Shown: positions 1-13,360 of the stretch, piece by piece
How the letters are laid out: every line of letters begins with the position of its first letter
Numbering within the stretch: the stretch's first letter is position 1
Position numbers and translations under genes: made by a program
Notes under the pieces: model-generated
What the model saw: only the letters and a program-made list of their open reading frames with translations
Told to the model about the DNA's origin: nothing
The model's database searches: none
Origin: Ophelia neglecta
Lineage: Eukaryota
Assembly (NCBI GenBank): GCA_965285935.1
Contig: OZ260664.1
Coordinates: forward strand, 61,566,001-61,630,000
Length of the DNA stretch: 64,000 bases
Direction of reading: 5' to 3'

Positions 1-200
1 TCGCTCACGTTTTGTACCTGCTCTCTCATTAGAACATTCCTGTGGAGCAAATGGCCCAAGTGCAAACATCCATCTAATGAAAAAAGCCTACATGAAATAG
101 GTGTATTACCCTGCCCTCACAAAATACTTTCGAACCTCCTATCTCTGGCATCGCAATCGATTGGACGATGGTGACTGTTCACAGCAAACCTGTGTAAAAT
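1..200 (+). mobile_element. Possible L1/Tx1 ORF2 post-RT relic (cut by window edge)
   Basis: LIRTFLWSKWPKCK...GVLPCP resembles FLWxxKxxKIK..GGLxxP. Confidence 0.3.
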
Positions 201-1179
201 CTGGGAGACATGTTTTTTCCAGTCATTGTCAGTGCCTGACAACTGATGGCACTAGAGGTTGGTAAATGCTCATTTCACTTCCCACGTTGACTAATGCAAT
301 ACTCTGCTGTTTGATGTTTCTGCAGCGGTGCTTAACGGTTCCAGAAAGACCAAAATTTCACTACTAGCTGGGTAACAAATAACAAAATACGACCACTTAA
401 CACTGGTTTTATACTATCTTCACTGGCTTCCAGTATAATACCACATCCACTTTAGCTTTCATTGATAATTGCTTTAGCTGACGTGACTGCTACAAAGATA
501 CGTACCTCACCGTACTCTGCAGTTTCAGTGAAAGAAATTAATAGTTGTACCACCAAAAAAACAAGACTATCCAGAGCTGTTGGTTGATCGTTTAAAACCC
601 ACGGTCTCAGAATCTGTGATTACTTACTGGTTTATGGAAGATCTTGTTAGTACTTTCCAAAGCGAGTATTTATTATTAACACAATCTTTCAATAGCTTTT
701 ATAGCGAGCATAAAAATGGTCTCAGTGGAAAAAGGCAGAAAACATACTTGGCAGACGAAACAAAACCATCGATATAAAACGCGTACTATACGTTTAAATA
801 GCATCAACCACACGGCCAAGACTTACGGTTAAGTTCATAACTTAATTAGAATGAAATAAATAGATAGTATAATTCCTAAATATTACTAACAAAGCGAGGT
901 TGTCTACAATTTCCTTAATGTTGGCCAATCAGGAAAAAAACGAACCAGTGCTAAAAGCATGCAGGACAAAGATGAAGTATGCACTTGGACAATCTTGATT
1001 TGGTCATAACTCTCTTGCATATTTTAGGAGCCAGCAAATTCAATTATCTCCCTGTGCACACTTCTGAAGAGGTGGTAGAAATACACTCATTACAGTCTGA
1101 AGAGGTAATATGATTTATATATTTCTCTTCATAATAGAATACAAATGATGTTACCGTGGCAACGTAAAGCAGCCATACT

Positions 1180-1850
1180 TCAGCCAGACTGCAAACGCGC
1201 ATTTGCAATGTACGATAACATACCAAGATCTTTAGAAAAGTTCATCTGCTCTAGACTCCCATGGTAGTGTCGTATGTTTTAGGAATATGATATGGCCACA
1301 GCATGTAAAACTGTAGATTGCTCTGAATTTTAAATATCATATATTAGTTATGTTCAAGAATTTTGTTTATTCACAATTCTTCCGCAGATGTTGCCCTGGA
1401 TATTGTACTAATGGGTACCACAGTGCTAATGGGTACCACAGTGCCGCCCTCGGTTGCTGTCTAATGCGTACCACTTATATGTTGAATAAATTAAAAATAT
1501 ATATCTGATATGTTCGCCAGGGGAGACTTTTGTCAATAGGAACTTGATTGGCATCAGAATGCATCTCAGTTTACCAATGTTGCAGAATTGTTTTTTGGCT
1601 ACAGTTCTGGTAATCCGGCAATTTATTTAGCTTCTGCACTGGACATGACCAGTTTTGTCTATGTAGCCTAGCGGCATCGTGGGCATCACTCGGACCCCAG
1701 AGGGAGATTAGTTGGCAATTCTAAGCTCCAAGTCCGATTCGAAATGGTTTATCGTTCCCTCAGTTTACTAAGAGTCGTGAGCCAATTGTGCGATAGTTGA
1801 CTTAAGTTCCATGTGCCCAACAACACCAGCTGCTTCCAGACGGGTGGTTT
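1180..1850 (-). mobile_element. Decayed Ty3/gypsy reverse transcriptase relic
   Basis: Ordered frameshifted motifs: RLEAAGVVG, VMPT, QKLNKLPDYQ, CGHII, LGMLSYIA (cf. RLExxGVI, YPMP, SKLD..AYxQ, LGHxI, FLGMVNY). Confidence 0.55.
1408..1474 (+). repeat. 18-bp tandem duplication plus a third degenerate copy
   Basis: ctaatgggtaccacagtg x2 (1408-1443); ctaatgcgtaccac at 1461. Confidence 0.9.
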
Positions 1851-3849
1851 GTCAGAAGTGCTGTTGGCATAACGTACCCGGTAAAAGTATGTTTGTCTCC
1901 AGACGTGGCGATTTGCCGCGTGATGACTACTGTGTGATCGGAATAAGAATGATATGATTCTATTAATATCCGAAATGCAGTGACATTTTACATCCTTATT
2001 TGTTTTCTGTTTTCAAGAGAAAACTATCTTTAGTTTCACTTTTATTAGAGAGCCTTGTCCATCAGAGACTCTCTTACAGCATGTTTCTTGGTTTTCATAT
2101 TTTGCCCTATATCTGGTTAGTTTTGTGTTCTGACTTGCACCATGGAAACTCGTTGGCTTTAGTGATAGTAAGCTAAATTGCATAGTTTCGAGGGCAGCTC
2201 TGTGCTTCATTGTGACATTAATTTAGCCCATTTGGTCCATCGAAGCCAAGGGCCTGACGTCTTTTTTTTTGTTGGAAAGGCGACCTATGGCAACTTACTC
2301 AAAATGCGCTCTTTCCCAGGCGCAGCCTAGTAGGAACAAGCAAGCATTGACATATAAACATTCGATATGTCACAGTCGATTCTGTTAACAAGTATTAAAT
2401 CCCTATGAAACCAGAGATTCTGAACATTCTTATAAAGCATAGAGATGCCTTGGATACATGTTACGTGTTTAATTGCAATGAATATCAAACTATTTTGTTG
2501 CATTACAAGCTTATTTTCAGTAAACTGAAGATTATCATTTGTGGGCTGGCAGTTCATGCAGAATACGGAGAGATTTGATTGTTCATTGTTGATAATTATT
2601 TCGTAACGTCTGCCTGGAATCCAGTCCGTTTTTTAAACATCGCATGTCTTGTCTTACTGAGCCTTACTGTCCTTAGTGCCCTAACATTAGTTAGACGGGG
2701 TCATTTACCTCGGACCCTTTACATGAATATGCTCGTAGAATGAAGGTTGATGTATAACAGTGATCTCAAGATTGCTGCAAAGGAATCCCCGAAACAAGAC
2801 GAAGGAAATACGCTCCACGGTAGAGCTGTGCCTATAGGTAAATAGGTCCTGAAGGTGAGATTTATATCATGCGGCTAATCGAAATGTTACCCTGGATAAG
2901 TGTGGATTTGCATAGCTCCCAACAACTTAGTAAGGGCTTACCTAGCCCATTTACCTGGGGATTACCTTAACTACCTACGATCCTGGGGTTTATCCTCACT
3001 CGTACTCCCTCGCTTAATGTTACAAACGACAAGCAACAAATGAACTGGTGATTAAAGTCTGTGGGCATGTAGCTGGCGGACTATTAGTGATTATAATTTT
3101 GCCTTTCCTGACGGCCATGAACTCTCGTTTTACCGTTGAATTGTTCTGAAGCAATAAGTTATCTCAGAAATGTGTTTACACATTTTTTGGGGAGATATTT
3201 TAAAACAAAAATGTTTACTTGTGTTAATGTAACAGGAGTTTTAGGGTTTAGGGTCTGATTGACGACTAACATGGTCTAGGCGCTTGCGCAGTCGCATGGT
3301 ACATGGGTTGAATGTTTCCACCAGAGACGTGATATGTGGAAGAAGCCTCGACTGATAACACTTACTAAAGCACTAACGTTAGATCAAGTTGTCAAGTGAA
3401 TTTAGCAGGGCATTTAAGAAATCGCTTCATACAGCAGCCAATGGTGAAGATGGACTTGGCGTAGTGCCAGTTGATTTCCATAGCCCCCATATAGGGATAT
3501 ATAAGTGTCAGAGTAAACACTGATGATAGCGGCTGCTCTGACTGTCACAATGTAGCATTTTTAATTTTGATCAAGTTTTCGGTTATAGGAAGAACTCCAC
3601 CGATCGTGAACAAAATATTTAACCAATTATCCCATAGGGCACGGTCATCTTCAGCATTCCTACCTTGACTGGGTCGTTTTTTCTTCTTATACTTTTATAG
3701 TTGTGATATTTTGCATTCAAATTTGAAGTAAAGAAGTTGTTTCCAATTAGAGATGGCTAAAGTGCAGGTGCTGCTCCCTGTTGATATATTTATTGTCTCG
3801 TTCCTCCCATCCCGGCAAGTTTTTTGTTTACCGGATTTCTTTCGCCTTT

Positions 3850-4290
3850 TCTCATATCCTCAGACTCTTCTCTAGAAGCCAAGGATTAGTACGTATCTAA
3901 ACCAAGTATATTGCCTCAGTGAATAAGGATGTGCGAAAATGTATCGAACCGTTGCAGGAAAAGAAAGATACTAATGTGCCAGATCAGACTGGATGTCTAT
4001 TAAATCTCACAGAGGTGCGAACTGATATATGCTTATGAAATGGAACTATATCACATAGCACTTTTTGAGTTGTGAAGGTAGCTTGTTTATTGGAACTCAA
4101 ACGCAAAGAAGACGGACTGCATACCAAGTAGACAAAGTGAAATCATTAATCAATGATCCGTCGGCCTTGGATTTGCAATATATATATATATACTTATCAC
4201 ACTTTGCTCCCAAAATATGGATGAACCTAAAAACATGCCGACATTGTCTTTAGTTCAACTGCACAGGCAACCTTATCTATTGTGATGAAA
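3850..4290 (+). mobile_element. Decayed Ty3/gypsy integrase relic
   Basis: SQG..QVY..NKDVRKCIE, EVRTDICL*NG (cf. VGTDLFxWNG), TAYQVDKVKSL, FA.KYG in the correct order. Confidence 0.5.
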
Positions 4291-5514
4291 TGAAAAAAGA
4301 CAATGTTCAACTGTTTTGGAATCAGATGGTAATTGCAATTACTTTGACCGAGCAGACACGGGTTGCCTTTTAGGTCTGCACTTTTTATTCACACTAGGAG
4401 AAGGTTGCTTGTTAGTCGTCTGCTATTGTCACACGAGCTGCTCCATGGCACTTCTATTCGCCCAACCAGTGTCTAAACAAACTATCGCTTGTATTGTTTT
4501 TCCTTGCAGTTCAGTCGAACTATAGTAAAAGGTAATATTAAAGGCATTTTGTTTTGGTCATAACCCTAATCCGAAATAAATATAGAAAGAGCGGATAGCA
4601 TTGTTCCAACGCCGCTGATGGTATTTAATCACATTTGATGAGTTTGTTAATGTCATCCTCTACTCATATACACGTAACTATGTAAGATGAACACTTTGGA
4701 AATGGGAAAGGAAGGAATTCGTATCAAAAGAAATGACAGAATAAATGTATCATATATACAAACGAACCGTTTATTTGCTATACCAGAATACACGCTGTCT
4801 TTACATGGGAGTTTTTCGGCACAACCCTTGCATTACAACGACTCACTTTCCCAATTTCTCGCGGGATAATACGACACAATGCCGCTCCCTGCCCGGCCCA
4901 GATATATGACAAAAGGGATAACTGAGAATTGACAATTGTAATTCAAGTGAAATTGTTTATAGTAACAAAGCGCCCGAGGAATATTGCTCCTCCTTAAGCA
5001 CAAAAAAAAAACATCCAGGTAGCGGTGGTGGGGTTGTGGTTTGGGGAGTTGGGTAAGGGGCGGCACCTATCGTATAGACTAGAATAATGACGAACATAAT
5101 TTTCAGCGACAACCTTCTTCTATAATGCGAAAAAGTTGTATGTAGGATGTTTTTGTTCTATTGGAATACATGTATTAAGTGGATAAATAGGGGGGATGTG
5201 CTCTGTAATACACGTTCTGTTTACTAAAGAAAACCTGATAATTGACAATCACATATTCCTTTAGTACACAATGGACCTGCCAATGGTTAGTTTTCCTGTA
5301 AACCCTTCCTATTATTTTCTCTTTAAACAATTCTTAGAACGATGCATTTAGGCAATATTGAGGGGTATAATATATTATTAGGCAAGTTATTCATATACAA
5401 CACCTTAAAAACACGAGTGACAACCACACATAACGACAGATAGAAATTGCCTCATTCGACAGCCACACAATAAAACACGTAATTTCTGTATGGCTAGCAT
5501 CTTTCTGCGTTTGA

Positions 5515-5544
5515 TGAATATTCATGAATATTCAAGAATATTCA
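5515..5544. promoter_or_regulatory. Perfect six-unit heat-shock-element-like array (nGAAn inverted pentamers)
   Basis: tGAAt aTTCa tGAAt aTTCa aGAAt aTTCa; followed by TCAGTC (5593-5598) and CAG|GTAAGA (5615/5616). Confidence 0.55.
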
Positions 5545-8500
5545 TTAAGATCTTTGTAAGTGCGACGTTATGAGTGTTTAGCCAACTTATTTTCAGTCAA
5601 AGTCGGTATTGCCAGGTAAGAGATTTTGTTGACCAAAGTTGACATCGGCAGTGAGAAAGTTGAAAATCTTATCATAAAACACATCTAGGTTAGGATTCAA
5701 AAAATTTACCTTTTGCATTATAATTATCATTTCCGTGTTTTTTAAAGAGATGATTTAAATTGTTACACACATATTTTAGCATTACGCTAATCACTTGACG
5801 CTTTTACGTGTCTCTGACCATATTTATAAATTCTTCAGCAGCCATCGTGCTGCAGCGATATCATTTATATGTGGATACAGGGCAGGATGAATCAATACTT
5901 GTCTGTCTGCCCTCGAGTTCTTCGTTTATAAATGCTTGTCCAGTGTAGTTAAGAAGAGACTATGGGTGGTCGAGAACCAATTTAGGCAGACGACAGTTCC
6001 GTTATGAGACCATTATCGGATGACATTTGCCTGTCACTTTTAGGTGATGCTTGAATGCCATCTGGTCACTATTCAGCACAGTGGCATGAGTTACACTTTC
6101 CAATTTTCGTTTAGCTCTAATCAATTTTGACGCGTGGCCCTGACACCTTCTAATATAACCGCCTCTGAAACAAATCATGTTTCTAGGAAACACACACACT
6201 GGTATTTGCAGAATTGGCTTCATGAAAAATATAATCATCTCGTAAGCATATCTCAGATGCTCAGATATTATCTTTATTAGAATGAGCAGCTAAATTATTT
6301 CCTGTCAATAAGAGATGCTATAAATAATAGTTTCTTAATTAATAAAACAGCCATTGGACTGGTGGTCCTTGTGTCAGGTTGCATAGAAAACATACTGAGT
6401 TTCATAGCAGGTTGTTTTTCAAAAGCAGACCTAACTGCACCGAAAATAATAATCAAACTACATTTGATATTAGGACTGTAGGAAGTTAATTCGATGTCTA
6501 ATAAAGGCTTCGGATTATACTTTGTCTGCAGATGTGCGCATGAAATGAAAAGGTAACTACTTGTAAAAACTCAAAGATTTGCACGATTTCGCAAAATCAT
6601 AAATGTGTCTTCTTGAATATAGTGAATTTGAGTATCATTGTTTTTGAAAAACCAATAAACGAGTTTAACCTTACCAAAACGGAAAACTCGTGTGTGCCTT
6701 AGTTAGGGGGCTTATGTTCTGTGGCGGCAAATTTTAAACACAGTATGTCATCAACAGGCTTCCACTTTTTTCATGATTGGCTGTGTGGTATCTTTGATAG
6801 CCCTTGCACTATAAAACATTTAAATCTAAGGTATACCCTCGAAAATTCTGTGGGATTAATTACATTTTGACACCTATCAATATTTAAAATAATCTTTATA
6901 AGAAATCTTCTCACGGATCCAGTATTTCAAATATTCATACTTATATAGATAATGATAACGAATGCCAGCTTAAGTAGAAATGGCCTTTAAAGGGCAGTTG
7001 TGGCCCTTCGAGTAGTGAATTTCACGAAATGAAGAAGGATCCAAAAGGAAAATAGACCGGGCCGTTTTTCTAGGAAATGAGCAAACGAAATGACATATTT
7101 TTTACTAACCAGTGGAGGCCTATTAACCAGTTGAGGCTGTGGTGCAGAGAGGCGAGACAGATTATTACGGAGATCACACAGCAAACGACAAACGGCTTTG
7201 TAGCCGTAGCAAGCTTTGTCTCAAAATGTGCTACATATTAAGCAGCAGGACTCCAGCACACCAGCCCAGACTACTATCAAGGGACAAAACCTTATGTAAG
7301 CTATTTGACAATGTGTAGAATTCTTAGCTCAATACCAATTTTGTCGAGTGGGGCTTTGTTCGTCGCGGCCTTGCTGCCGAAACATCCGCAATATTAATGT
7401 TGAGTTAGTACGCACGCGCAACCCATTTTCGCCCGCACAAGAGGCCAATTAGACGGGTTTGTTTACATTCTCTACAAATTGATGATGGGTCGTGCTATCC
7501 CGCGGCTGTTGCGCTGGCCCAAGCCGAGCTTCCGACAAATTGAAACAAATAATAAGCTTAGCAAGTCTTTATCTTCTTTAGATTACATATAGTAACCCTT
7601 TCTAAGGATTCCTAGACGTAAAATAAAAAAGTATATACTTTTAAATGTGGAGGCCCAATGCCATTGGAAACTTCTTTCCTTGGGGAAGTACATGTAGGTA
7701 TACGCTATACATTGCTGCACTAGCACACATCAGGACATTTACATGGTTATACTTTAATAACGTATTACAGGAACAAGTTATTTAATTATCACCGATGTTG
7801 ACAGCTACCTATGACAGACGCCGCTGGGGCAAATTTAATCTCTGTCCTACGTTGACTTCTGGCCCGTCTATTTTGTGTTCTGACTCGCAGGATGGAAAAC
7901 TGTCCACCTCTTCTCATGGCAAGTGGTATTTTATGTGTTCATTTTTTATTACTAGTTTATTCACTTTTTGGTAGCTAGAGGTTTCTGATAATCTGACGTA
8001 TTTAATTTATTATTTTCGGTTACTGATTTTGCTCTGTCGCCGGGTGTCCATTCCCGTTTTTTCCATATTCTATATTATAATTTCTGTTACCCTTAACTTT
8101 AGACAACGGCAACATTTAGGGAGAAGCTTGAGGTAATTTCCGCATTAATAATACTTCAGAAAATGACATAGAGAATAAAAGCAAACCCCTGATATACAAT
8201 TGGAGCTCTTCTTGTTGATACTGACCCTAAAATAAGGAATGGCACATTGAATTAACTACAAATTACACATGTTGGGAAAAACTGACCGGCAGCTATGTTT
8301 GATAACGGCTGCGTAAAAGGTAAACTTGATGGTGTTGATGAGCTAGGGATACTACCAGGACATGTTGTGTTTGCAACATCAACCAATACGTTTTAATAGC
8401 TTTAAAGGACAACATATCCGAACTTAAAAGGTTTTTATTTATTTTAGTAAACGTGCAAGTTATATTACCAGTAATTTGCTTCATTACTTCCGGTTTGGAC

Positions 8501-10739
8501 AAGAAGACAGTTTCATATTGAAAGCTAGATGGTTTAACTATTGTGTAGGAGTTTTCATTTTTGTTTGAGGATTTGTGGTGCATTTTCCTGTAGCCCATTG
8601 AAGTGACGTTATACAGGGACCAGTAGCAACTACCAGCCCTCTGATCTTACCTCAACATGCAAGCTGTTTATCAAAGGTGTCGTCGAGCGCTCCCGTTGGA
8701 ACTTACTACTGTATAATTGTCTGCACTAGTTATATATATATATACTATTATTTAAAATAATTGCACCCTTAAACAAAGAGTACACTCTGCCCTGGCGAAT
8801 ACTGCTCCATAAACAAACGGATAATGAAGATTGTAAAAGGTCCTTGGAGCCAGAAGGGGATAGGTCATGTTTCTTAGAGTGTGCAGAAAATTTGTAAAGT
8901 GCACCTGTAAGCAATTTTTTTTTGTTAATGAACATTTGTATTTATGCAACAGAGACAATATATAACAAAAAGAAGCAGACATACATGTCTTGGTATTACG
9001 AATTGAATTTAATACATTTCTGTAAATATCATATTAATTTCATGTCTGGCTGTTCGGTAAGAATAAGATAAAAAATGAAAGACAAGGGCCCATAACGCCC
9101 AATCGTCAATGGCTCCCGTACTGAATGGGTCACCCTTTCATACGACTCTAGTCAACTGGTATGATTGTGTCGCACGACCAAACTTATCTGTAACATTCCA
9201 TAGCCGAAGTCGATTGAATATGTTATCATTCCGCATTTAGAGTCAATTGGCATATCGTGATAGGTCATCAAAATATCGTATTTTAAAAACGGATTTTTTT
9301 GGACGGCGTGCCAAGTAAAAAATAGAGCGACTGCGTGTAGTGAGTAGGAGTGGTGCTCTGAGCATTAGTGGACAATATTACATCGGGATTTGGAGAGTAG
9401 ATTGTTGATGTGTGTTGTAAACAGAAGCGGCTTGATATGAAATTGGAAAAAGAGGCACAAACAGCGTAATTGAAATATATGCTTATAACTACATTATCTT
9501 AAAATTTTCCGCAGTGCAATATATATTGTTGTCAATTAACTCCATTATTTTGGCTATTTTAAATAATATTTAGGTCATTGTCAATATATTTACACTATCC
9601 ATAGCCTGTCCAGAACAAATACTCTCAACTCTCATATAGAAAAGGCAATATGAAACTGTTTAGTATTTTATTTCCTAAAACATTGAAAATATCATGACTG
9701 CTGTTTCTGCCAAATGCGCCCAGGTCCGATGAACGATTCGTGGAATGCGAGGTTCGTCCGGTACTGTTGTTTCAGTAGCCTAGTCCCCTGGATAAGAATT
9801 CTCGACCTAAACCATTTATGCATTTTTCTACGGGTATAACAATCGATTTCCTGCTATTCTTCTTGGTTAATACCGGGATCCGGTGTCGTAAAATCCTAAG
9901 TTGATTGCCACGAACTGCATGAGAACGACGCATTGAGTCAGGATAGCGCATTTATTGCCTTAGAAACACTACCAAGAATTCTCTCTTTATATTGTCTTAC
10001 TACAGTATAGAGCACCTGGCATGGTCTTGCTGGTCATTGCGCCTAAATAGTATTCCATATATTACGCACACTTAAACCGATGCTGGCGATGAAGGAGGAA
10101 AGACCGAAGGAACACGTAAAGCAATAGGTAAATTCTCAGAAGGTTAATTATGCTTCTCTCAAAAATGTATTGGAGAAGTTATATTCCGTGCACGTAAGCG
10201 TTCCTTGTTGCCCTGCACACACGTAATGATAAGGTATAGTTCTTAGGGCTAAGAAATTGCATAGGTTAGTAGCGTTAGACGAATATGTAAATAGTTAGGT
10301 AACAATTATTACAACAATCCCTTCTTCCATGAGGCGAATTGCGTGAATAATTGTGGGAAACAAACTTAACCTTACTTATCAACGTTATATAAACTGTGCA
10401 ATCTTACACCGAATAAATAATATGAATACAAATTGTAACATTTGATGATACACCTGATATGATTAACCAAGTGTTTCAGTTTACCGTGTAGTATTTCAAC
10501 GAGGCAATTTGATATAATGAAAGAGAATATTGTAAATAAATTAAAAAGGCTCAAAACACTCTAACAAACCTGACCTATCGTGTTCGTAGAACATAAAATA
10601 TTTAATATCCTGCATAATCAATTATATTTTTTTTGGTTGAACATCTTGCCTTACCTTCTCATGTCAGCACTTGATTTAAGCGTTTGAGTAGGTGTTTCTG
10701 AAGGTTCTGGTAGAGTATTGTTATCTTTGGCTGGTTAAC

Positions 10740-11540
10740 ATCGATTCTAGCTGCTTGGATAACAGTCGCTCTAAGCTGTCGGCTGTATTGCTCATGGGCT
10801 AGATTTATAAGCTATGGTGGTAATAGAAAAGTACTATGAAGAAGTAATAACTTTTAATGGAATAGTCCGTCGGACAATAGCCGAACCCCCCCCCCCCCTC
10901 CCTCTTGGGAATTTTTAAGACATACATTTTTATAGCTTATTATCGTGGGGTTCAGGAATCACTTGTTTGCGATATTAAAATCTGATCGCCTTTCGCACCA
11001 CAGAACCGTACTCACACGATTATGAGAACAAAAAGTTGTGTCCTCGTGATCGTGCGTGCGTACGGTTTTGTCCGATGTGAAAAGGTTGAAGCCCTGTTTT
11101 GGTAATGGTATTTTCTTCTATCTTCTTTCTCCTAGTTTTGGCCCAGTGGTTTCTTTTGTCTTTAAGTTGACCTTTTTATGCTTTTTCCTATTATTGGCTT
11201 GATATTCACGACCAGGCAATTCACCATACCATTAGCTTGTGAGCATCTGGGTGATGAGGAAACATAGTTGTGGCAGACATCTTGAAAACGTTTTGCAATA
11301 TAGCCTATAATGAGGAGTGTAGTGAACATTGAACGGATATCGTCCACTTAAATTTGGTCTGAATGAATCCTAGTGTGACTGACCTTAAGATGTTGATCTT
11401 GTCTGTTTTGGTTATACACTTCTTACTGTCGAATGCAAGGCTCTTCCTTCTGGCAGTCTGTAGTACAGTTATAAATATAAACCAGATATTGTCCTTCCTA
11501 CTTTGCCATGGCTTCTTGTCTTTCCAATTGACATGTAATG
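10740..11540 (-). mobile_element. Decayed Ty3/gypsy integrase relic, interrupted by a palindromic MITE
   Basis: YVSSSPRCSQANGMV..V.NIK (cf. HxTSSPxYPQSNGxxER); upstream NCTTDCQK; downstream YSRQLRAT. Confidence 0.6.
10989..11085. mobile_element. ~97-bp imperfect fold-back element (MITE-like)
   Basis: Left arm cctttcgcacc..aaccgtactcacacgattatgagaacaa pairs imperfectly with right arm ttgtgtcctcgtgatcgtgcgtgcgtacggtttt..gtgaaaagg. Confidence 0.6.
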
Positions 11541-12409
11541 TCAATTTAACCCTTTTGGTGTATCTATTAATCTGCATTGACAATTAAACAAATTAAATTG
11601 AATAGAAAAAAAGGAAGAATTTTATTGAATGGAAAAATTTAACCAACGCAAACGGCCACTAAACCAGGTTTTCGGCTCAAGCAAACAAATTTCCCGCCCA
11701 GTTGCACTTTATAATACCGCATATTGATGTCTTCTTTATCACGCCGAACACAACAACAATATTTCATGAATTCTGATCCCGACAGCGCCTTATTGTCAGT
11801 ATCTACGATCGGCACAAGTCGCCCAAGGGATCCCTAAGTGCCCGGAATGACTCTCCCTTATTCAGTTTGGCCAGAGATTTTGAGACATAGCGTCCACAAT
11901 ATCTCAATTTGCCTGGCATCACCCTTTTACTAAGGTACTCTGACCATTTAGGTTACGTACTCTTGACACCCTTCATTTCTCAACAATATGGCTCTGTATA
12001 CAGACGTTCTTGAAGCTTGTTAGCAGACGTTCAGCAGGAAATGCCAGCGAAATACGTCTGAATATAGTTGATCGGTCACTGATCTTAAGATAGGTCACGA
12101 CTCGTTCGGCAAGAAATCGTGTGTACAAAGTGAATGTTCGTTAAATAAGGACAATTTTTCACTGCGTTTCATATCTATGGTAGTACAAGTTCAAACCTCC
12201 ACCGACAATTGATCTCTACTCTCGCTCTGCGAGGTATGACGGGCTAAATGTGCTCTTATTGCCAGCTCACAACGCGTGCTCCAATTACCGCATATTTGGA
12301 GCACGCGTGCTCGTTTTTCACGGGTTAAAATAGTAGCTCGTATGGTAACCTGGCGGTTATGGCACATTAAACCCTCAACTGCTTTGACATTTATCTATCC
12401 TACCTCCCA

Positions 12410-13360
12410 AATGATCTATAAAGCTACATTAAGGAAAGTATCTTCCTACGTCCCCACATCTGAAACGCAATGAAACTATAGGCTTCCATGTATGTGACAT
12501 ACCCCGCAAGAAACAACATACGCAGTTTATGTGAAGACATAATTAAAATTCCAGGTTACCTGGTTCCTTCCGTTAATTCGAATTTGATAGATAAGCTAGT
12601 TCTGCCCTTCCTCCTAGGCAAGTCTGGAGCGCCCAGAATTTCTGTTCCACACCAAAAGATCGTGGATCTGACACTTGTTAACATCGTGAGCCCAACAGAA
12701 TTTGTAGTAATAGACAACTCAAGCCAACTTCCCACGCCATCCCCCCACCACCCACAGCCTCCCAAACCCTATGCCCTAACCACACCACAGCCTAATAATG
12801 CATAAGTCCATGTAAGACCTAAATTATGCCGTGTTGGCAGGCGAGTCGAGCAATCTGGGCACAGAGTGAACTTACAGTCAATTTTATTCCGCTTGTTTTG
12901 AGTGATATAAGCGCCGTGGCTCGCCCCGTTAAAACTTCAAATGAGAGGAAAAGTCACCATACGTTTACTAGACGGACTAGCTTATTAAATTGTAATGCCC
13001 ATTTCTGTAGAAAAATACCTTAAAGGTTGTGACCTTAAAAATACCGGTCTCATGTGTGACTGGTTTCATTTCTCTGATCTAGGTATTATGGTGATTTTTT
13101 CAATACGGCGGTTTCACATCATACGTATAATCAAGAAACTCAACAGGGATCCAATGGCCATGAACTTCTCACTGATAATCTATTGACACAGTATAGACTC
13201 TGTTAACGAATGGAAGGCTATCAACAGAGTCTACGTCGGTTTTCATGACAAAATATCAGAACAAACCTGCAAGAGTTTCTACGGAGAAATGCCGTTTTAG
13301 AGATGATTCTAGAACAAGACTGCCGTGCCAATTCGTTTGTATAAACCAGCTGAACATCCA
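12410..13360 (+). mobile_element. Decayed Penelope-like RT (N-terminal half), interrupted ~12730-13100
   Basis: SYIKE; LIDK..FL...PR....KI; IVSPTE; HIIRIIKKLN; TLLTN/EG; LEMILE follow the Penelope RT motif order. Confidence 0.45.

Noticed and set aside
1408-1474. Direct repeats as a CRISPR-like array
   Set aside because: Two copies are adjacent without spacer, the third is degenerate; eukaryotic context, no cas genes.
3265-3500. tRNA gene or tRNA-derived SINE
   Set aside because: Only degenerate A/B-box-like words, no cloverleaf, no second copy in the window.
8293-8598. 101-aa ORF
   Set aside because: No gene structure; weak resemblance to a LINE pre-RT region, too degenerate to call.
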